Counted from the first letter of the stretch, positions 9,019 to 17,268 are shown. The stretch: DNA of 27,753 nucleotides from a virus (IMGVR_UViG_3300020045_014940:1-27753), one strand, 5' to 3'. Notes: generated from the sequence alone by a model not told the origin. A program made the numbers and translations.

Positions 9019-9026
9019 GTTTAAAA

Positions 9027-9060
9027 AAAATAACCTACAAAATATTAAGTAGGTTATTTT
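9027..9060 (-). terminator. Intrinsic terminator after ssb
   Basis: AAAATAACCTAC / GTAGGTTATTTT inverted repeat with T tract on the minus strand. Confidence 0.7.
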
Positions 9061-9099
9061 TATTTATTAGTTTTATTTTTTCGGGATTACTAAAAACCC

Positions 9100-9498
9100 T
9101 TAATTAAAAGGTAAATCCTCATCTTCTTCATTACTCACAGGTGCTTCACTTTGCGCGATTGGTTGTTGAGTTTGTGCTGGTGCTGGTGATTGCGCGCTTG
9201 GTTGTTGTGTTGAATTATTAGCATCACCCAATTTTTCAATACGCCAGCCTTTAACAGAATTAAAATACTTTGTTTCACCTTGTGGATTTACCCACTCGCG
9301 CCCTCCAAGATTAATACTTACTTTTACTTCTTCACCCACAAGCCTATTATCTAATAAACTTGTTTTGTCTTGTGCAAACTCAATACTAATGTGTTGAGGG
9401 TATTGTTCATCTGTTGTTACAACTAAGTCTCTTTTTTTGTAACTATCGGTTACTTGTAATGTTTCACCGATTACTTTAATTTTTCCTACTACTTCCAT
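9100..9498 (-). CDS. ssb: Single-stranded DNA-binding protein (DUF3127-type)
   Basis: DEQYPQHISIEF, NLGGREW, YFNSVKGWRI, Q/P/A linker and acidic EDEDLPF tail. Confidence 0.85.
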   Translation of the reverse strand: MEVVGKIKVIGETLQVTDSYKKRDLVVTTDEQYPQHISIEFAQDKTSLLDNRLVGEEVKVSINLGGREWVNPQGETKYFNSVKGWRIEKLGDANNSTQQPSAQSPAPAQTQQPIAQSEAPVSNEEDEDLPFN

Positions 9499-9519
9499 TT
9501 TTTTATAAATTATTAATTA

Positions 9520-10398
9520 TTATTCAGTTATTTGTTCGGGTTGCGTTGTTGCTGGTTCTTGTGTTGGCGCTGGAGTTAATTCCGATTTGCGTTTGTCTTT
9601 CATCGCGATAAAATCCTTATCTGTTTGCAAATTTTTGTATTTACTCCAAACAGTTTTTAACTCATCAATACTCGCTACGATTTCCATTTCATTAATCGCG
9701 ATTTGTTTTTCGCTTTCACCGCTATTACACCATTCCGCTATTATTTTTCCAGTTTCTTCTGTAATTAAAAAAGGATTTTTACCCTCAAATAAATTAGTAC
9801 GGTCTTTTGACGGTATAGCCATATGAGTATCGCGGTCAATATTTAATGAAACAGTTAATTCATATTCCCAACCCTCGCGTTGCACATCTTTCATTCCAAC
9901 TTTTTTTACTTTTTTATCATCACCCATTATTGTTTCCATTTTTGAGCGCGTGCAAGTAATAACGTGAACTGGTGAATGTAAAATACTATTAATAAATCTG
10001 TCGTGTCTTGGTGTTGTTTGCGACCACGCGCTCCAAGTATTACCTCTAAATTTGCTTTGTGCTAATAGTTCGTTTTCTTCTATTAAGCAAGCCCATTCGT
10101 GAGTTGTACTATCAATAATAACAACTTCCATACCAGCATTAACACAAGTTTGTAATGCTTGTGTATATTTTTCAGGAGTAAATGGCGGTGTTAAATCAAT
10201 TACTGAAAAGTCACCTAAATGACTATACAAACTTGCACTACCGTTTTCGGTATCAATAACAGCAACCTTTGACCAGTCGCTACAAATACCTTTTGCCATT
10301 TTTAATGCTGAATAAGTTTTTCCCGCACCCGAAGGAGCTGAAATGTTCAATCGCAACTTTACTTGTTTTCTCGTTGCTTTTTTTAATACTAAAGTCAT
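9520..10398 (-). CDS. Sak4-like AAA_24 ATPase (single-strand annealing recombinase)
   Basis: APSGAGKTYSAL, VIDTENGSASLY, VVIIDSTTHEW, EYELTV; adjacent to ssb. Confidence 0.8.
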   Translation of the reverse strand: MTLVLKKATRKQVKLRLNISAPSGAGKTYSALKMAKGICSDWSKVAVIDTENGSASLYSHLGDFSVIDLTPPFTPEKYTQALQTCVNAGMEVVIIDSTTHEWACLIEENELLAQSKFRGNTWSAWSQTTPRHDRFINSILHSPVHVITCTRSKMETIMGDDKKVKKVGMKDVQREGWEYELTVSLNIDRDTHMAIPSKDRTNLFEGKNPFLITEETGKIIAEWCNSGESEKQIAINEMEIVASIDELKTVWSKYKNLQTDKDFIAMKDKRKSELTPAPTQEPATTQPEQITE

Positions 10399-10403
10399 AA
10401 TTT

Positions 10404-10516
10404 AAAAAAAAATGGCTAACTTTTACTAGTCGGGCTCGTACCTCCGATTTTCAAAATTAGCCTGTTTAATTTTTTGTTAGTTAAGTACGAGTTAACTGTT
10501 TCGTTATGCGAATATA
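10404..10516 (-). promoter_or_regulatory. Promoter plus structured leader 2 (kissing-loop/terminator architecture)
   Basis: TATATTCG; AGTTAA-CTCGTAC-TTAACT; GGCTAATTTT...TCGG-AGGTACGAGC-CCGA...AAAAGTTAGCC-A-T9. Confidence 0.75.
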
Positions 10517-10527
10517 CAAAAAAGTTT

Positions 10528-10746
10528 TTACTTATTCCGTTTTTCAAATAAATATTTTTGTTCTTCGTTCCAAGCATCAATGCGATGTTTCTTTATTTTT
10601 TTGTAATTCTCATCTTCTAAATCCTCTTTTGTTGGTAGTTGTCTTACTTCCAATCCTAAGTGATTAAGATACATTTTTTCATCATTACCAAGCTCGTTGT
10701 ATAACTGCTCCGATAGTTTTAAAAAGTATTCTCTTGAGCTTTCCAT
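10528..10746 (-). CDS. Hypothetical phage protein
   Basis: 72 aa with AATTATG start. Confidence 0.7.
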   Translation of the reverse strand: MESSREYFLKLSEQLYNELGNDEKMYLNHLGLEVRQLPTKEDLEDENYKKIKKHRIDAWNEEQKYLFEKRNK

Positions 10747-10807
10747 AATTCTCTAAATATATTATGCCTTTCGGCGGTTAAAAAAGTTTTTGTTTGGGAA
10801 ATGTGGT

Positions 10808-11647
10808 TTAAAAAAGCATTTCTTGTTGCTTTGATATTAAGGTTTTTGCAAACCCGAATTCTTCTATTTCTGAAAGTTTTGTAAACTCATTATCTATCCA
10901 ATTTTCTGCAAGTTTGTGAAAGTTCTTTTTAATCTCAAAGCCAAAGCATTTTCGTTTTAATTGTTGTCCAGCTATTAAAGTGCTTCCTGAACCAGCGCAA
11001 GGGTCAATAACTACATCACCCTCGTCTGTGAATATTTCAATAAGTTTTTTAAGTAACTTTAAAGGTTTTTGAGTTGGATGTAATTTTTCTACTTCTACAT
11101 CGTCACGCTCCCAATCTAAACAATTGAAAATCATTTTTCCTTTGTTATTAAATTTTGGTAATTTGTCACGGTAAAAAATTAAACCATATTCACAATTCCC
11201 TACAACTTTCATATTAGCTTTTAATACTTGCGCACTGAAGTTTTTACGAAATACTAAATTAATGTAATTGTTTAAGCCGTAACGTTTAGCAAGTTCAATT
11301 AAATACATTTGCTGGTCGAAAGCACAAAAAACAATCATACAAGGAGCATCGCCTTTTTGTCTTGATTCTCCATTAACTTTAGTTTTCTTTGTTTCTGATT
11401 TTAACATAGTGCTACAAAAATGCATAAACTCCGCTGGTCTAAAATCTTCGTCGGTATCAAAGAAACTTTTACCCGCCAATTCACTTTCTCCGTTTGAGTT
11501 ATCCCCGTCTTTATACCAAGCTGGATTTGAAGCATAAGCGTTATTTCCTAAGTTATACGGAATATCCGCAATGATTAACTGCGCTTTAGGTATTGCGTAG
11601 GTTTTAAAATTTTGGAAATGGTTATTAAATATTTGTGCTTTTTTCAT
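10808..11647 (-). CDS. DNA amino-methyltransferase (N6_N4_Mtase, beta-class order), orphan
   Basis: Motif IV-like ADIPY near the N-terminus, HPTQKP, motif I VIDPCAGSGST. Confidence 0.92.
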   Translation of the reverse strand: MKKAQIFNNHFQNFKTYAIPKAQLIIADIPYNLGNNAYASNPAWYKDGDNSNGESELAGKSFFDTDEDFRPAEFMHFCSTMLKSETKKTKVNGESRQKGDAPCMIVFCAFDQQMYLIELAKRYGLNNYINLVFRKNFSAQVLKANMKVVGNCEYGLIFYRDKLPKFNNKGKMIFNCLDWERDDVEVEKLHPTQKPLKLLKKLIEIFTDEGDVVIDPCAGSGSTLIAGQQLKRKCFGFEIKKNFHKLAENWIDNEFTKLSEIEEFGFAKTLISKQQEMLF

Positions 11648-11867
11648 AATTCATTTTACTTTCTTTAACAATAATAAACTCTTCTCTTTCGTAGTTTCTA
11701 GGGTTGTTTTCGATAATTAGTTGAACTTGTGCATCACTAAAGTAATATTTCTTTACTCTAATATATGCTGGGATAATTCCCATCAAATCGATAATTCTTT
11801 TTGTTTGCTCAACTGAAATAAAAAACTGATTTTCGATGTCTTCAAAACTATATATTTTCTCTATCAT
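11625..11867 (-). CDS. Hypothetical protein, possibly DNA-binding
   Basis: Probable ATG 11867; overlaps both neighbours. Confidence 0.65.
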   Translation of the reverse strand: MIEKIYSFEDIENQFFISVEQTKRIIDLMGIIPAYIRVKKYYFSDAQVQLIIENNPRNYEREEFIIVKESKMNYEKSTNI

Positions 11868-12057
11868 CACCAATACTTTTTAAATCCTCATTCAGTTTAG
11901 CGATTTTATCCTTTATATTAACCCCTTTAGCATCATCATCAATAAACTTAGTAACCGCTTCTTTTATCGGTTTAATGTACTCGATTTTGCACTCACGTTG
12001 TATCCTGAGCATTGCGGTTTCGCCTTTTATTTTTTTGTATCCTTTTTTGCGTGGCAT
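11848..12057 (-). CDS. Small basic hypothetical protein
   Basis: MPRKKGYKK N-terminus; could be a small DNA-binding regulator. Confidence 0.65.
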   Translation of the reverse strand: MPRKKGYKKIKGETAMLRIQRECKIEYIKPIKEAVTKFIDDDAKGVNIKDKIAKLNEDLKSIGDDRENI

Positions 12058-12058
12058 A

Positions 12059-12706
12059 TTATTGTAGTTTTAATTTTGCTAATTCAATCATTAATAAATA
12101 TTCTTTTTCAAATTTATTACCCGAATGAGTTTTTTTTACCTTACTTTCAAATTCAATTAAATCTCCAAAAAAACAACCGCATTTTACTTTTATTTTTTCT
12201 TCTTTTGATTTAAAAAAAGTAGTTGTTCTATTTGACGAACCGAACTTTGAAAACCAACAAATATCGTTGTCGCTATAAACCCTAGCGTCGCTATAAACCC
12301 AAGCGTTGCCATAAACCCTAGCGTTGCCATAAACCTCAGCGTTGCCAGAAACCTCAGCGTTGCCAGAAACCTCAGCGTCGCCATAAACCTCAGCGTTGCC
12401 ATAAACCCTAGCGTTGCCATAAACCCAAGCGTTGCCATAAACCCTAGCGTCGCCATAAACCTCAGCGTTGCCATAAACCCTAGCGTTGCCAGAAACCCTA
12501 GCGTTGCCATAAACCTCAGCGTCGCCATAAACCCAAGCGTCGCCATAAACCCAAGCGTCGCCAGAAAGGTTTTCTATCTTCTCTACGAAACCGCCTAAAT
12601 CTCCAATACTAATTGATTTAAAGTTTTTAGTAGCTCTTATTCTAAATAATTTAACTCCTAAAAAGTTAATTTTAAATTCTTCAGTTAATTCAAAGTGTTT
12701 TTCCAT
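12059..12706 (-). CDS. Hexapeptide-repeat (G-N/D-A-x-V-Y) beta-helix-like phage protein
   Basis: LFRIRA...GDLGGFVEK N-terminus, 16 repeats, and a C-terminal TTFF...VKCGCFFG domain. Confidence 0.88.
   Translation of the reverse strand: MEKHFELTEEFKINFLGVKLFRIRATKNFKSISIGDLGGFVEKIENLSGDAWVYGDAWVYGDAEVYGNARVSGNARVYGNAEVYGDARVYGNAWVYGNARVYGNAEVYGDAEVSGNAEVSGNAEVYGNARVYGNAWVYSDARVYSDNDICWFSKFGSSNRTTTFFKSKEEKIKVKCGCFFGDLIEFESKVKKTHSGNKFEKEYLLMIELAKLKLQ
12275..12562 (-). repeat. 16 x 18-bp coding tandem repeat
   Basis: Unit GGC (A/G)AC GCT (AGG/TGG/GAG) GTT T(A/C)T on the minus strand. Confidence 0.95.
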
Positions 12707-12735
12707 AATTCCTATATGTTTAATTATTAATACTG

Positions 12736-12766
12736 CAAACTTACAACAAACTTTTTAATCTTGCAA
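12736..12766 (-). promoter_or_regulatory. Leftward promoter
   Basis: TTG (12766-12764), 20 nt, TAAGTTTG (12743-12736). Confidence 0.7.
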
Positions 12767-12788
12767 CACAAAATAAATTTATTTTATG

Positions 12789-12818
12789 TTGTTTAATTAA
12801 AATAAGTTTGTATCTTTG
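12789..12818 (+). promoter_or_regulatory. Rightward early promoter
   Basis: TTG, 19 nt, TATCTTTG; matches the Flavobacterium -33/-7 consensus. Confidence 0.8.
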
Positions 12819-12840
12819 ACAAAATTTAAATGTAGAAATT

Positions 12841-13041
12841 ATGGAACTTACAAAACAACATCGTGAAGCATTACTAAAAGAGTTGACTATTGCAAAAGAA
12901 GATAGAAGATTACAAGTACTTTGTTTAGAAAACGACGAACAAAAAGATTTAAAACAATGGTTTGAAATTAGTCTTTTTTTAGCCGAGCAAAGAATTAAAT
13001 TAATCGAGCAAAGTTTAATTGATAACGAAATTAATTTTTAA
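12841..13041 (+). CDS. Hypothetical early protein
   Basis: 66 aa, first gene after the promoter. Confidence 0.75.
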   Translation: MELTKQHREALLKELTIAKEDRRLQVLCLENDEQKDLKQWFEISLFLAEQRIKLIEQSLIDNEINF

Positions 13042-13044
13042 GTC

Positions 13045-13320
13045 ATGAAACTAACAATATTTGACGTTTACGTACCAATGGAAGGACAGGAACAATGCGA
13101 CCGAATGAAACAGGTTTGTGTTGATAATGGGTTGCCGTATGAAAAACAATCCTATGATTTTAATTTTTTAAACAACGGAACTGACTGTTTTAGGTTTTCA
13201 AATAATTACGGTACATTTTCAATTTGGGATAAAAACTTAAAACAAACCCAAGTCACCGAACCCGAGTTTTTAACATTGTTGAATGAATATAAAGATAAAG
13301 AAAATGAAAACAAATTTTAA
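13045..13320 (+). CDS. Hypothetical early protein
   Basis: 91 aa in tightly packed operon. Confidence 0.75.
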   Translation: MKLTIFDVYVPMEGQEQCDRMKQVCVDNGLPYEKQSYDFNFLNNGTDCFRFSNNYGTFSIWDKNLKQTQVTEPEFLTLLNEYKDKENENKF

Positions 13321-13729
13321 AGGAACGATTGGAGAATATTTCGAACAAGATTATAGAAGTTATAGTAATTCAGCAACTATACGTGTAAAGTATGCCGACG
13401 CTCAAAATATTGATGATGTATTAGTTGTTAATGGTTATCAAAGAACAAAAAAAGATGTTGACGAAACAGTTAAGTTAGTTCTCGACGCATTCAACATCCG
13501 CCAACAAATCAACTGCGATTTGCCTGAGTTTTTTGAGAGGTATAATAAGGCGATGGAAGAACAAAAAAAATCAGAGGAGGAAATAGTTAAGTTTGGACTT
13601 TGGCTTACTCAAAACTGCACCCCATCAAGTTCGAAAGATGGATGGTGGGTTTTTAGAGATGATATTTGGTTAACTACTAATGAATGTTTAGATAGATTTA
13701 AAGAAGAACAAGTAAAAACAATAGAATAA
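13304..13729 (+). CDS. Hypothetical early protein
   Basis: Probable ATG 13304 (MKTNFKGTIGEY). Confidence 0.75.
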   Translation: MKTNFKGTIGEYFEQDYRSYSNSATIRVKYADAQNIDDVLVVNGYQRTKKDVDETVKLVLDAFNIRQQINCDLPEFFERYNKAMEEQKKSEEEIVKFGLWLTQNCTPSSSKDGWWVFRDDIWLTTNECLDRFKEEQVKTIE

Positions 13730-13938
13730 TGGAAACAGAAAATAAAAAACCGAGAAATCCAACCATACAACAAGGATGGACTTTAAGAGATGAATTCGCT
13801 AATTCAGCGATGCAAGGAATGATTAGCAATAATAGAATGTATGATTTGATTTCAATGCCTGCAATTAAAAATCTAGCGCAAGAAAGTTATTTAATAGCCG
13901 ACGCAATGCTTAAACAACGTGAACTAGATAATTTATAG
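13729..13938 (+). CDS. Conserved small phage protein (LRDxFAxxAMQG...YxIADAML type)
   Basis: TLRDEFANSAMQGMI...SYLIADAMLKQR. Confidence 0.8.
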   Translation: METENKKPRNPTIQQGWTLRDEFANSAMQGMISNNRMYDLISMPAIKNLAQESYLIADAMLKQRELDNL

Positions 13939-13941
13939 ACT

Positions 13942-14361
13942 ATGGAAACAAATAAAGAAAAAGCCATTAGAGAGGCATATGGGGAGTATTGGGAGTTAGC
14001 AAAAAAAAGAGGCCTTGATGCGTTTGGCTATATAGGCTCATCAATTAATGGAGATTTTAAAGATTGGGAAAAAAGAAATAAGAATATATTTAATAACTTA
14101 GATTTAATTTTTAAAAAAACAACTGTTAGTTGGTTTCTTCTGCCAAAATCCCTAAAAGGAATCGAAACCAACAACGGCTGGATTAAAATTGAAAGCGAAA
14201 GCGATTTGCCGAGTGAAGATTGTGATTGTCATATTGAATTTGAAGATGGAGCGATTTCAATTGATAGGTATTTTGTCTTTGGCAAAAACTTTACGTATAA
14301 CCATTGGAAGCATATAGTAGCATATAGACTAATCGAACAACCTAAAAAAAGAATTTACTAA
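13942..14361 (+). CDS. Hypothetical early protein with DUF551-like C-terminus
   Basis: NNGWIKIESESDLP...IVAYRLIEQP. Confidence 0.75.
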   Translation: METNKEKAIREAYGEYWELAKKRGLDAFGYIGSSINGDFKDWEKRNKNIFNNLDLIFKKTTVSWFLLPKSLKGIETNNGWIKIESESDLPSEDCDCHIEFEDGAISIDRYFVFGKNFTYNHWKHIVAYRLIEQPKKRIY

Positions 14362-14389
14362 CCGCTACGGCACAAAAAGAAATAGGATT

Positions 14390-14596
14390 ATGAACGGACA
14401 ATTTGAAAACACAATAGAACTTTTAGAAGCTGAAATTGATAGTTTAAAAGATGCTTATAAAAGCGAAAACAATAAGGAACAAGCAACTATTTACAGTAGT
14501 CGAATATTAGAGTATAAAAAAGCAATCATAATGCTTTCCACCGAACAAGCAATAAACAAAGCAGTTGATATATATAATAATTTAGAAAATAATTAA
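14390..14596 (+). CDS. Hypothetical early protein
   Basis: 68 aa, helical. Confidence 0.7.
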   Translation: MNGQFENTIELLEAEIDSLKDAYKSENNKEQATIYSSRILEYKKAIIMLSTEQAINKAVDIYNNLENN

Positions 14597-14614
14597 AATA
14601 TTTTATAAAAACAC

Positions 14615-14644
14615 TTGTTTATTAGAAAATAAGTAATATATTTG
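14615..14644 (+). promoter_or_regulatory. Rightward promoter
   Basis: TTG, 19 nt, TATATTTG. Confidence 0.8.
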
Positions 14645-14686
14645 CTAAAGAAATAACAACGAAGTTATTTTGTAATTTTTATTATT

Positions 14687-14932
14687 ATGAATAATGTTTA
14701 TACAAATAGTCGTCCAACTGAAAGTTTTTGCAAACTAAAATCTACTTGTGGATTACACGGTGATTTAGATATTCACGGAATGGAATGGAGCGAAAGAGCT
14801 ATTTTAAAAGTAGTTGCTTTTGATAGAACTAACGGAGTTTTAATCGTTGAAAATGACAACGGATTAAAATGGAATACGGATTTGAAGAAAATGCAATTCT
14901 GTTTAGAGAATGGTAATTCAGTTCCAAACTAA
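14687..14932 (+). CDS. Hypothetical protein
   Basis: 81 aa after promoter. Confidence 0.7.
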   Translation: MNNVYTNSRPTESFCKLKSTCGLHGDLDIHGMEWSERAILKVVAFDRTNGVLIVENDNGLKWNTDLKKMQFCLENGNSVPN

Positions 14933-14933
14933 T

Positions 14934-15134
14934 ATGCCATTCATTTTAAAAAACAAAGAAACCGAGCAATATAGATTGTTCGGTTCTTTACCTATCCTTT
15001 GCCGTAGCATCGGATTTGACGAAAAACAAGAGAAGTCATTAAGATATGTGTTTTCTCAAAAGAAAGAAAATCAATTTGAAAATAACGAGTTTCTAATTGT
15101 TAAAGTCGTTTTAGAAAGAGGAGGAAATATATAA
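14934..15134 (+). CDS. Hypothetical protein
   Basis: Probable ATG 14934 (MPFILKNK), 1 nt after the upstream stop. Confidence 0.7.
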   Translation: MPFILKNKETEQYRLFGSLPILCRSIGFDEKQEKSLRYVFSQKKENQFENNEFLIVKVVLERGGNI

Positions 15135-15154
15135 TAATTTAAAATAGAGAAAAG

Positions 15155-15556
15155 ATGAAACAAAACGATACTAAATATCATTTGTTGTATTTAATGTTAA
15201 AAGATGCTGATTGTTATTTTCCAAAAGAAGACAGAAAAGAACTTCTTGATTTAATAAAAGAACTTTATAAGTCAAATCAAAAATTTATTAACGAAAAAGA
15301 CGAAAATGGAAAATATGGCATAAGATATAAAACCATTCACGACGATTCTAAATACAGTGACAATCATACGCAATTTTTTGCCTCAAAAAGAAAAAGAGAC
15401 GATGTTTTTGATGACTGGATTAATGAAAGGTATTGGGATAGTATATTCGAAATGGAGTTAGAATATCCAAAACCTACGCCAAATTTACATGATGTTATAA
15501 AAGTCTTTAAAGAAGGTAAAAATATTTATGACGAACTTGAAACTAAAAACCCATGA
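15155..15556 (+). CDS. Hypothetical protein
   Basis: 133 aa. Confidence 0.75.
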   Translation: MKQNDTKYHLLYLMLKDADCYFPKEDRKELLDLIKELYKSNQKFINEKDENGKYGIRYKTIHDDSKYSDNHTQFFASKRKRDDVFDDWINERYWDSIFEMELEYPKPTPNLHDVIKVFKEGKNIYDELETKNP

Positions 15557-15822
15557 ACCTATTCGAAAAACAAAACAAACCATTCGCTATTAAATTAAGC
15601 GATAGGGTTAAAGAGGAGATAGAGAAAACATTTGGTACAACTTACTTAAACGCTAAATTTAATTATTTACTATATTATAGTAACATAAATTGTAATTATT
15701 GGAATAATTTACCCAAAGGAATAGATCTAATAACCGAAGCCGAGTTTTTTGGCGATGGGAGTAATAAGTTGAGGGAGAAGATAAAGTTAAAAGTTTTTGG
15801 AGGAAAGTATGGAAAAAATTAA
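15553..15822 (+). CDS. Hypothetical protein (possibly truncated by premature TAA)
   Basis: 89 aa; the same frame stays open for 55 further codons after the stop. Confidence 0.7.
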   Translation: MNLFEKQNKPFAIKLSDRVKEEIEKTFGTTYLNAKFNYLLYYSNINCNYWNNLPKGIDLITEAEFFGDGSNKLREKIKLKVFGGKYGKN

Positions 15823-15990
15823 GGGACAGAAACTATTGACCAACTCGAACAAATAACCGATGATTTTGCGGATAAATTCGCTGAGTGGTATCTAAACCGA
15901 TATGTAGAAACGGTAAATTTAAATAGAAACGAGCCATTAACAACCGCAGAATTAAGACAAATATTTAAAACACAAGTTTATGGAAAATAA
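15823..15990 (+). pseudogene. Start-less in-frame continuation of the upstream ORF
   Basis: GTETIDQLEQITDDFADKFAEWYLNR...TTAELRQIFKTQVYGK*; no ATG/GTG/TTG in frame; overlaps the next ATG as a real gene would. Confidence 0.55.
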
Positions 15991-16303
15991 AACACCGATG
16001 CAAGACCTTTTAGCTGATTTAAAAGAAACTAAAATATCGGCTTTTGAAACTTTAAATGAAATTAATGATAAACACGTTAGAGAATGTTGTCAAGAAGTCG
16101 TTACGAAAACTTTAGATTGCATCATTGAAAGGATTGAAACTGAACTCCTCCCAAAAGAAAAGCAAGTTATTGAAAATGCTTTTAACGACTGTATAAAAGC
16201 TAAATTTAACAATTCTGTTATTGATATGAAATTTAAAGTTAGCGAAAAAATGTACAAAACAGGAAAAGACTACTACAACCAAAAATTTAGAAAAGATGAA
16301 TAA
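15980..16303 (+). CDS. Hypothetical protein
   Basis: KTPMQDL...LLPKEKQVIENAF...DYYNQKF pattern. Confidence 0.78.
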   Translation: MENKTPMQDLLADLKETKISAFETLNEINDKHVRECCQEVVTKTLDCIIERIETELLPKEKQVIENAFNDCIKAKFNNSVIDMKFKVSEKMYKTGKDYYNQKFRKDE

Positions 16304-16544
16304 AAGAATAAAAGAAATAGAAAAAGCATTGCTTAAAAATGGATTTAAAAAAACTTCTACGGAAGATAATCCAAGCTTAAATGAATGGACAAAAAATGAT
16401 TTTGGAGGAAATGATTTTATTATGGTTTATTTGTATGATGTTTTCGAAATATATTTTGACGTTAAATCAGAATATACTTTTTTAACTTTAGATGAATTAA
16501 AGCATTACTACGAAAAAGAAACAAACTTAAAATTTGAACTATGA
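16296..16544 (+). CDS. Hypothetical protein
   Basis: 82 aa, overlap-coupled. Confidence 0.72.
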   Translation: MNKRIKEIEKALLKNGFKKTSTEDNPSLNEWTKNDFGGNDFIMVYLYDVFEIYFDVKSEYTFLTLDELKHYYEKETNLKFEL

Positions 16545-16825
16545 ACGAACTAATACAAGACAACCTAATCGGCTTAATAATAGCCGTTGCGTTAATTATT
16601 TTAATCGGATCATTAATTATCGGTAATAGTAAAGTCGATGTTTGGCATCCCTCAACAATCTACCCAAACTGCGACGACCAAAGAAACATTATCGATGTTC
16701 GAATTAAAAACATTACTGATGAAAACGCTGAGGAAGTAATAGGGTATTTCGACGTGAGTATGCAACGTTACCACGATTACTCTATGAATGTAATTGATTA
16801 TGAGTTTATGTGGTGTTATGAGTGA
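16541..16825 (+). CDS. Hypothetical protein with N-terminal transmembrane helix
   Basis: LIGLIIAVALIILIGSLIIG. Confidence 0.72.
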   Translation: MNELIQDNLIGLIIAVALIILIGSLIIGNSKVDVWHPSTIYPNCDDQRNIIDVRIKNITDENAEEVIGYFDVSMQRYHDYSMNVIDYEFMWCYE

Positions 16826-16957
16826 AGATAACGTTATCAGGCTTGCAGAAGTGGCAAAAAAGCAAACCTTAATTTTCGATTTTGCCTAAACATTACAGAC
16901 ACAAAAACAATTTTAAATTAAACCTGAACTTGCCATTTTTGCAAACCTGTGTTAGCA
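16826..16957. mobile_element. attC-like imperfect palindrome
   Basis: TAAC (16829-32)...CAGGCTTGCAGAAGTGGCAA / TTGCCATTTTTGCAAACCTG (17/20)...GTTAGCA (16951-57). Confidence 0.6.
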
Positions 16958-16986
16958 TTAGTGCGGTTCTTAAAACTAAATTTCTT

Positions 16987-17268
16987 ATGAATATTAAAAT
17001 TTTAAACTCAAAATTCGAGTATTTTTTAGACGATGGTAAAACTATTGTAAACGTTAAAGATACTTCCATTAAGCATTTAATGATAAGTGCTTTGCAGGAT
17101 GGTTCTGACGGAATATCAAACATTGAATGTAAAGTGACTGGAGAAAAATTAATGCTTATTGCAACGGAAGTATTGCAAGAAAAATATAATCCAAACTATG
17201 TAAATGATGAAGATTATACTATTGAAGAAAAAATACTTCAAGATAATTTCTCGTTAACGGATTCGTAG
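16987..17268 (+). CDS. Hypothetical 93-aa protein, putative cassette cargo
   Basis: ATG 16987 (MNIKILNSK); flanked by GTTAGCATTAGTGC / GCATTACCGCTAAC. Confidence 0.7.
   Translation: MNIKILNSKFEYFLDDGKTIVNVKDTSIKHLMISALQDGSDGISNIECKVTGEKLMLIATEVLQEKYNPNYVNDEDYTIEEKILQDNFSLTDS

Noticed and set aside
7299-11647. HNH plus methyltransferase as a restriction-modification pair
   Set aside because: Not adjacent, separately regulated, and the HNH is fused to a replication-type helicase; an orphan MTase is the simpler reading.
9587-12213. Plus-strand ORFs 9587-9826 and 11998-12213
   Set aside because: Antisense to real genes, with no independent support.
12190-12546. 118-aa MATLGF-repeat ORF
   Set aside because: Alternative frame of the 18-bp tandem repeat, open only because the unit lacks stops.
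12275-12562. Possible CRISPR array or DGR template/variable repeat
   Set aside because: Contiguous coding repeats with no spacers; no cas or reverse transcriptase gene in the window.
10765-14373. TAACCGC...GGCA mini-motif in intergenic gaps (10765-10780 minus, 14359-14373 plus)
   Set aside because: Only two short, imperfect copies; not distinguishable from chance.
15820-15822. Stop-codon reassignment as explanation for the in-frame TAA
   Set aside because: TAA, TAG and TGA all end well-packed genes elsewhere; the standard code gives dense coverage.
16882-17123. 5' extension of ORF 16882-17268 and antisense ORF 16893-17123
   Set aside because: The extension runs through the attC-like palindrome from a TTG; ATG 16987 is more plausible. 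The antisense ORF is a shadow.
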